32,000 nt of DNA, taken from Chlamydiota bacterium. GTDB lineage: Bacteria > Auribacterota > JACPWU01. Under the pieces are notes generated by a model. It searched no databases. It was not told the origin of the DNA and was given only the letters and a program-made list of their open reading frames with translations. The first letter of the stretch is position 1. The number at the start of each line of letters is the position of its first letter. The translations under genes and the position numbers were made by a program. Location of the stretch: positions 19,041 through 51,040 of the forward strand of contig JACPWU010000012.1 in the NCBI GenBank assembly GCA_016196885.1. Reading direction: 5' to 3'. This document shows positions 27,033-32,000 of this stretch, in pieces.

Positions 27033-27219
27033 TTAGCCCGCATTTCTCATCAGATTTCGTCGCGAGGAACGCCTGAGTCCGCCTTGGATGCGAGGGAGAC
27101 GACCAAGGCCATGCGAGGCATACTTTACAGTATGTTGAGCGTGGCCGACCGAGTCTGCACGGAGAGACGAGGCGGAATCGGAGAAGAGCAGTAGAAATGT
27201 GATGAGAAATGCGGGTTAA
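27033..27219 (+). ncRNA. Candidate structured RNA with 6S-RNA-like rod architecture (closing helix, large central bubble, apical helix)
   Basis: 27033-27058 pairs with 27194-27219 (25 pairs and 1 mismatch). 27073-83 pairs with 27171-81. The apical arm 27107-24/27129-46 has a 4-nt loop. About 23 nt per strand (27084-106 and 27147-70) are unpaired. Five G-U pairs exist only on the + strand. The core is GC-rich within an AT-rich spacer. Confidence 0.35.
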
Positions 27220-27294
27220 GAGTGAAAAATTAAGAATGAAGAATGTATAACCTTCAATCTCTGCTTTTTCATTTTTCATTAGCATAGGTTCCCT

Positions 27295-28596
27295 TTGCAT
27301 ACCTCCCTCTCAACTCAAAGTGAAGAAAGAGCGCTTTTGGTCGGCCTTGAAGTCGGTCGTCTGGGTGCTTTCGAAATTGAAAGCTCGCTAGAGGAATTGA
27401 TGGATTTGTCCCGGACCGCAGGGGCTCTGGTGGTCGGACAAATCGTGGCCAGGCTTGACAAGCCCCATCCTGCCTTCTTCGTAGGGCGGGGAAAGGCAAC
27501 GGAGTTGGCTCAAGCCTGCCAAGATTATCAGGCTCGCATGGTTATCTTTGACCATGATTTGAGTCCTGTTCAGTTGCGCAATCTTCAGGAGACCTGTGGC
27601 GTTAAAATTCTCGATCGTACCCAGCTCATTTTGGATATCTTTTCCCTTCGGGCTCATACCAAAGAGGCTCAGCTTCAAGTCGAGCTTGCACAATTAAAAT
27701 ACCTTTTACCTCGTCTCACGGGTCAATGGCTTCATTTGTCTCGTCAGGAAGGAGGCATTGGAATGCGAGGACCGGGTGAGACGCAGTTAGAAGTAGACCG
27801 TCGTCGTGTCAAGACGAGAATTCTGAAATTGTCTAGTGATTTAAAGAGAGTTCAATCTGAGCGGCAGACTCAAAGAAAGAAAAGAAAAAAGTTTTCAGTT
27901 CCTGTTGTTTCCATCATTGGCTACACCAATGCGGGGAAAACAACTCTTTTCAACCGTCTGACCGACAGCAGCAATTTGGCGGAAGATCGTCTTTTTGCAA
28001 CCCTAGACGCCACCGTTCGAAAAGGGAGAGTAGGTGAACACCACTGCCTCCTTTTTGCGGACACAGTCGGTTTTATTCGTAAACTTCCTCATCATCTGGT
28101 GGAATCTTTCAAAGCCACGCTTGAGGAAGTTCTGCTCTCCGACCTTTTGATTTATGTGGTGGATGCCCATGATGCCTGGATTGAAGAAAAGTATGAAGTT
28201 GTTTTATCTGTTTTAAACGATCTTAAAGCAGGAGATATTCCAAGGGTGTTGGTCTTGAACAAAGTAGATCTCTTACCCTTTGTTCCAAGAATGGACTCAT
28301 GGGAAAAAAAGGAGAAAAAGGTAGTCTCTCTTTCTGCCAAAACGGGTGTGGGATTAGATAAGCTCACTGAATTTGTTGATCAGTTTGTAAGAGAAGGATT
28401 GCACCATATTCAGGTGTTGATTCCTCATGAGTTGAGCGAGTGGGTGAGTCTCCTTTACCGTGAAGGAAATGTTTTGCAGAAAAAGTTTCTAAAAGAGGGA
28501 GTTTTTCTCGAAATGGAGGTCCCAGAATCTCTTCTTTCTAAGATCAATCGTTTTCAATGTTCAGACCTTCCTCCCTCAGAAGACAATTTCTCTTGA
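27295..28596 (+). CDS. hflX: GTPase HflX
   Basis: An HflX N-terminal domain (ERALLVGL...), G1 GYTNAGKTTLFN, G3 DTVGF and G4 NKVD. The TTG start is uncertain by a few codons. Confidence 0.92.
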   Translation: MHTSLSTQSEERALLVGLEVGRLGAFEIESSLEELMDLSRTAGALVVGQIVARLDKPHPAFFVGRGKATELAQACQDYQARMVIFDHDLSPVQLRNLQETCGVKILDRTQLILDIFSLRAHTKEAQLQVELAQLKYLLPRLTGQWLHLSRQEGGIGMRGPGETQLEVDRRRVKTRILKLSSDLKRVQSERQTQRKKRKKFSVPVVSIIGYTNAGKTTLFNRLTDSSNLAEDRLFATLDATVRKGRVGEHHCLLFADTVGFIRKLPHHLVESFKATLEEVLLSDLLIYVVDAHDAWIEEKYEVVLSVLNDLKAGDIPRVLVLNKVDLLPFVPRMDSWEKKEKKVVSLSAKTGVGLDKLTEFVDQFVREGLHHIQVLIPHELSEWVSLLYREGNVLQKKFLKEGVFLEMEVPESLLSKINRFQCSDLPPSEDNFS

Positions 28597-29057
28597 TCGC
28601 ATTTTTAAAATGGTTTAGGATGAAACCCAAAATCAAAAATCAAATATCAAAGTTCAAAATTACGTTTCAGTAAAATTTAAAAGATTATTTTTTCTAATGC
28701 AGGAATTTTAACAAGATTATGTTTTCATGAAAGATGTCTCCACGTATATTTCCTGTCCTTGTTAAACCAAACTGCATAGGTAGTTTTAGTCCAAAATGAT
28801 GGGAGATGTACGCAAAGCAGTGGGGGTTTTTAGTTTTTTGAAGAAGATTTAAAGGTTTTAGGGGAGATGGTGAGGAGTTTCTGGGAGACGTTCTGATTTT
28901 TGCGGTATCTTTCTTTGCTTTTGGGCGCACGAATTCTGTTACGCTTAGTAGGCGTTTTTTAGGAATGTGTACTCATATGGATGTTTTCCGACGAGTGACT
29001 TTCCAATTTTGTTTTGCTTGTGAGAGTTTCTGGCTTAACAGAAAGCTCTTATGAATT

Positions 29058-29500
29058 CTATGCTGCTTCGTAATAGTTTAAGTTTCCTTCGCAGAATTTA
29101 ATTTTTCTGATTTTTCTTGGGAGATTTCTGCTTGATTTTGGAGGTTTAACCCAGATCGGTTTGTTGTAAATATAGTATTCTTCAGGGTGACCAGCGTCTA
29201 AAGCTTGATGGGGTCGATGTTCATTGTAATAGGTTTTATAATCTCTCAGAAGTTTCTCGACTTTTTTTAGGGTGAGTGTCTGTTTTGGAAATTGATTTAG
29301 CAATTCCCGTTTAAGCGTTCCAAAAAATCTTTCAATTTTTCCGTTGGAATAGGGGCTCCCGACCTTTCCTTTGCGATTTTCGATCTTGAACTCCAGGTAA
29401 ATCGCCTAAATTCACTAGAGATAAATTGTGGACCATGGTCAGTGATGATTGCTTCAGGCGTGTCATGGACGATAATGGTTGAACGGATTTGATTGACCAC
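29058..29500 (-). pseudogene. IS481-like (rve/DDE integrase core) transposase remnant, truncated at the 5' end and frameshifted
   Basis: Two adjacent frames read ...PEAIITDHGPQFISSEF and then, after a shift near 29400, EFKIENRKGKVGSPYSNGKIERFFGTLKRELL...YYNEHRPHQAL. The N-terminal HTH and the first catalytic Asp are missing. Confidence 0.7.
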
Positions 29501-29697
29501 CCACTGTCCACCGGGTTCTCCGAAATATATCCCTAAATGGAGAATTTTTAATGTAACGCCAAAGTGATAATGTCACCTATCCCTCTAACTCCCTGATATA
29601 ATTGGACCAAACAATAAGTGAGGATGGGCAAGGGAATGATCCCTAGGGGGATCAAAAAAACGGGAAAAATAAGTTGGGCGAAGAAAAGGATATTTCG

Positions 29698-29973
29698 ATG
29701 GAACGGAAAGCTTGGACCAAGCGTGAAAAAATGGCCATTGTATTAGAAATGATTCGAGGTCGAAAAAATGTTTCACAAATCTGCAGAGAATATGGTGTTA
29801 ATGAAACTCTGGCTCACCGGTGGAAAGAGGATGCTTTGGAAGGGATGAAAGAAGCTTTGGCTGATAAGAGGCAAACTCGGCATACAAGTTTCGAAGGCAA
29901 AAAGTATCGGCTCCTAAAGGTTATCGCAGGACAGGCTTGTGTGATTGAACTTCAAAAAAATATCATAGATTAA
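29698..29973 (+). mobile_element. Solo IS3-family orfA (HTH_Tnp_1-like) with no orfB following
   Basis: MERKAWTKREKMAIVLEMIRGRKNVSQICREYGVNETLAHRWKE, then a leucine-zipper-like tail. An AAAGGA Shine-Dalgarno motif precedes ATG 29698. The next gene starts 137 nt downstream. Confidence 0.6.
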
Positions 29974-30109
29974 TAGCAGAAACAGGAACGGGTGCAAAGT
30001 ATCCTGTCCTTTTCGCACCAAGGTTTGTGGGTGATTTTTGTGATGCCTCTGATTTGAATAGCAGACATCCACTTAAGAAATCGGGGAGGCAAAAAAACTC
30101 TAAGAAAAT

Positions 30110-31868
30110 ATGGATCTCTATGCTGCTACAGCCCTCCTGGCGCTCATCTCTAACACCAGCGTGGGACTCATCGTCTGGAGAAAAGCAAGAGAGCCCATCT
30201 TGCGCCGATACTTTGGCTTAGTGAGCCTAGCCATCTCCTTATGGATTCTAGGCTGTCTTGGACAAAGCACGCTTGGCATAAAATACGCAAAACTCTTCGA
30301 CATCATCCTCTACACAGGAGCGCCTTTTGCTCCTACTCTTTATCTACACTTCCTTCTGATTTATACGGATCAAGTGAAGCCCAAGAAAAAACTACTCACG
30401 CTATGCCACACCCTTGCATGCATCTTTGTTCTACTGAATTGGATCCCCGCGTTACGACCCTGGTACATTACTGACGTCCCGCAAAAATTTATCTATCGCA
30501 GCATTGCTCAGCCGGGTCTCTTATGGTATGTCTTTAGCCTTCTTTATACCATCTGTGTCTCCTACTGTTTTTATGTCCTATTCCAGACAGTCAAAAGAGC
30601 CACGGGAGCCAAAAAAAGACAGACGCAATACTTCCTCACCGCCTTTGCAATCCTCGCCACTGGAGGCACCATGTACTTTGGCCTTGTCTTTAACTTCAAC
30701 TTTCCGCCGATAGACAACTGGTTCACCATCACCTACGGCTGGCTCATGACCTATGCCATCTTAAGACATCGCCTGATGGACATACAAACGGTGATCCACA
30801 AAACAGTTATGTGGCTAACACTATCCTCATCCATTCTCATTCCCGTTGGATTAATCATTTATTTTGGACATCCCTGGCTCAAAAATCTATCATCCCTTCA
30901 GCTTAGCAGCGTCATAGGCATCATCGTTGTTTTACTCATACCCTACTTCAAATTTATACAGCCCAAAATAGACCAGCTCTTCCAACGCCGAAAATATGAT
31001 TTACAAGACATCTTACAAAACTTCATCCATAACATTGAAACCTTAAAAGGAATTGACGAACTGGTGGAGAAACTACAAAGCATCATCACCACTGTCCTGT
31101 ATCCTGAAAAACTTTCTATCATCCTCTTTGACATCAAGTTATCAGACAAACGAAAAACATCTCGCATTGTTGGATTGCCTCAAGACTTTAACAGTGAACA
31201 ACATCACACCTTCCTGGCCTGGATAGAAGAAGAAAATGAAATCATAGATCCTGACATCATTGAAATTGTATCCCAGAACTTGAACATCCGAAGCGCTATC
31301 CAACGATACCTGGACGAAACAGAATCAAAGTTGGTGATCCCGCTCACACATGATGGAAAACTCTTAGGCATCATCAACCTGGGCCAAAAAAGAAATCTCA
31401 AACCCTACACACGGCCCGAGCTAGAATTTTTATCCGGCCTCGAAGCAGAAGCTGCCATTGCTATCACGAACTCCCTTCTTTACAATGACGTACAAAGAAT
31501 GACCGAAGAGCTGACAGGATCTCTCGAGAAACTCAAAAAAGCGCAAGTCGAATTGGTAAGAAATGAGAAACTTGCCTCTATAGGACAGCTTGCCGCTGGG
31601 GTCGCTCATGAGATTAACAACCCTATCTATTCTGTGTCGGCCGAAATTGAAAATTTGGGGGATGAATATCAAGAAATAAAAGATGGCAAACTCACGGTTG
31701 AAGACTATTTTCATAGGTTCATGAATCATTCTCTCCCACTGATTAGAAGCGGACTGAATCGCGCCTACAATATCGTGACAGCGCTGATGAATTTTTCCAG
31801 GGCAGGACAAGCCGGTCTTGGTTACAATGTGGACATTAACCGCGAGCTGGATCAAACCCTTCTCCTCT
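30110..31868 (+). CDS. Membrane sensor histidine kinase (multi-TM N-terminus, GAF-like region, HisKA H-box); interrupted before the catalytic ATPase domain
   Basis: About 7 hydrophobic helices, a GAF-like block (LVIPLTHDGKLLGIINLG) and the H-box LAAGVAHEINNP. Homology ends after ...NRELDQTLLL at 31868. The formal ORF runs to 31942 through unrelated sequence. Confidence 0.8.
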
Positions 31869-32000
31869 GTGCGCCAAGAGAAGCTTGGCGTTTGTTGCAG
31901 GGTGAGGCAAGAAGCTTGTGCTTCAAGCCAAGTCCCTGTTGAGAAAGGTCTAACCAACCACTCATACTGAGTGTTGCAGTTATGAAGGAGCAGAACATGC
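31869..32000 (+). mobile_element. Putative 5' end of a group II intron inserted in the kinase gene (runs off the window)
   Basis: It starts GUGCG at 31869, followed by the hairpin cgccaag-agaag-cttggcg. gggtgag...gtccc and ctaacc motifs lie within the first ~95 nt, as in domain I of bacterial introns. No reading frame continues the kinase. Confidence 0.4.

Noticed and set aside
21315-27219. Assigning the two structured elements to SRP RNA, RNase P RNA, tmRNA or tRNA
   Set aside because: Neither has a GGAA-tetraloop/AGCA SRP domain IV motif, a tRNA-like acceptor/T-arm or a resume codon. Both are far too short for RNase P. The gaggaacgcc...gtccgcc segment in the second only superficially resembles P4.
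26929-27499. Minus-strand ORFs of 123 aa and 76 aa over the ugd-hflX spacer
   Set aside because: They are antisense to the ugd 3' end and the hflX 5' end, and they run through the GC-rich structured element. Their composition is Arg/Pro-rich, typical of antisense or structured-RNA reading.
28694-28935. 78-aa minus-strand ORF starting at GTGCGCCC, which could be a second group II intron 5' end
   Set aside because: Only about 330 nt remain before hflX, too short for an intron. The sequence is AT-rich, with no domain-I-like motifs. The ORF has no recognisable family, and the GUGCG match alone is weak.
31430-31957. 175-aa minus-strand ORF at the window end
   Set aside because: It is antisense to the HisKA region of the kinase and to the putative intron 5' end. 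It has no motifs and no start context.

Overview
The window is mostly a core-genome stretch from a low-GC bacterium with an outer membrane (LptD and MlaEFD are present). I cannot assign a taxon from sequence alone. Almost all genes are on the + strand and tightly packed, with three ATGA start/stop overlaps. In order:
- ilvE (5' truncated by the window edge), mcsA-mcsB-clpC, mlaE-mlaF-mlaD, radA-ispD-ispF
- a small minus-strand islet: a DUF2283-like ORF, a Cys-rich small ORF and an aldo/keto reductase
- gltX, cysS, then tmk-holB-ricT(PSP1)-metG-tatD (a Bacillus-like order)
- ROK glucokinase, transaldolase, NAD-dependent sugar epimerase, lptD, ugd, hflX
- an accessory tail: a truncated and frameshifted IS481-like transposase, a solo IS3-type orfA, and a membrane GAF/HisKA sensor kinase. 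The kinase loses homology at 31868, exactly where a GUGCG group II intron-like 5' end begins.

I saw no tRNA, rRNA or CRISPR array. I did not find a convincing multi-gene protein system such as a defence or secretion system. The unexplained signal is at the RNA and repeat level:
1. Two GC-rich, about 180-nt rod-shaped intergenic elements sit among otherwise AT-rich spacers. The one at 27033-27219 has a 6S-RNA-like layout. The one at 21315-21494 has a perfect 24-bp closing stem.
2. A four-copy double-hairpin REP-like family, whose core is inverted relative to a conserved flank in two copies.
3. Two near-identical long-hairpin elements of about 130 nt (86/88 identical core), 9.5 kb apart.
4. Families of A-rich heptamer/octamer hairpin repeats fill many spacers and supply the stop codons of three genes.

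All functional calls come from reading the translated motifs. No database search was run.
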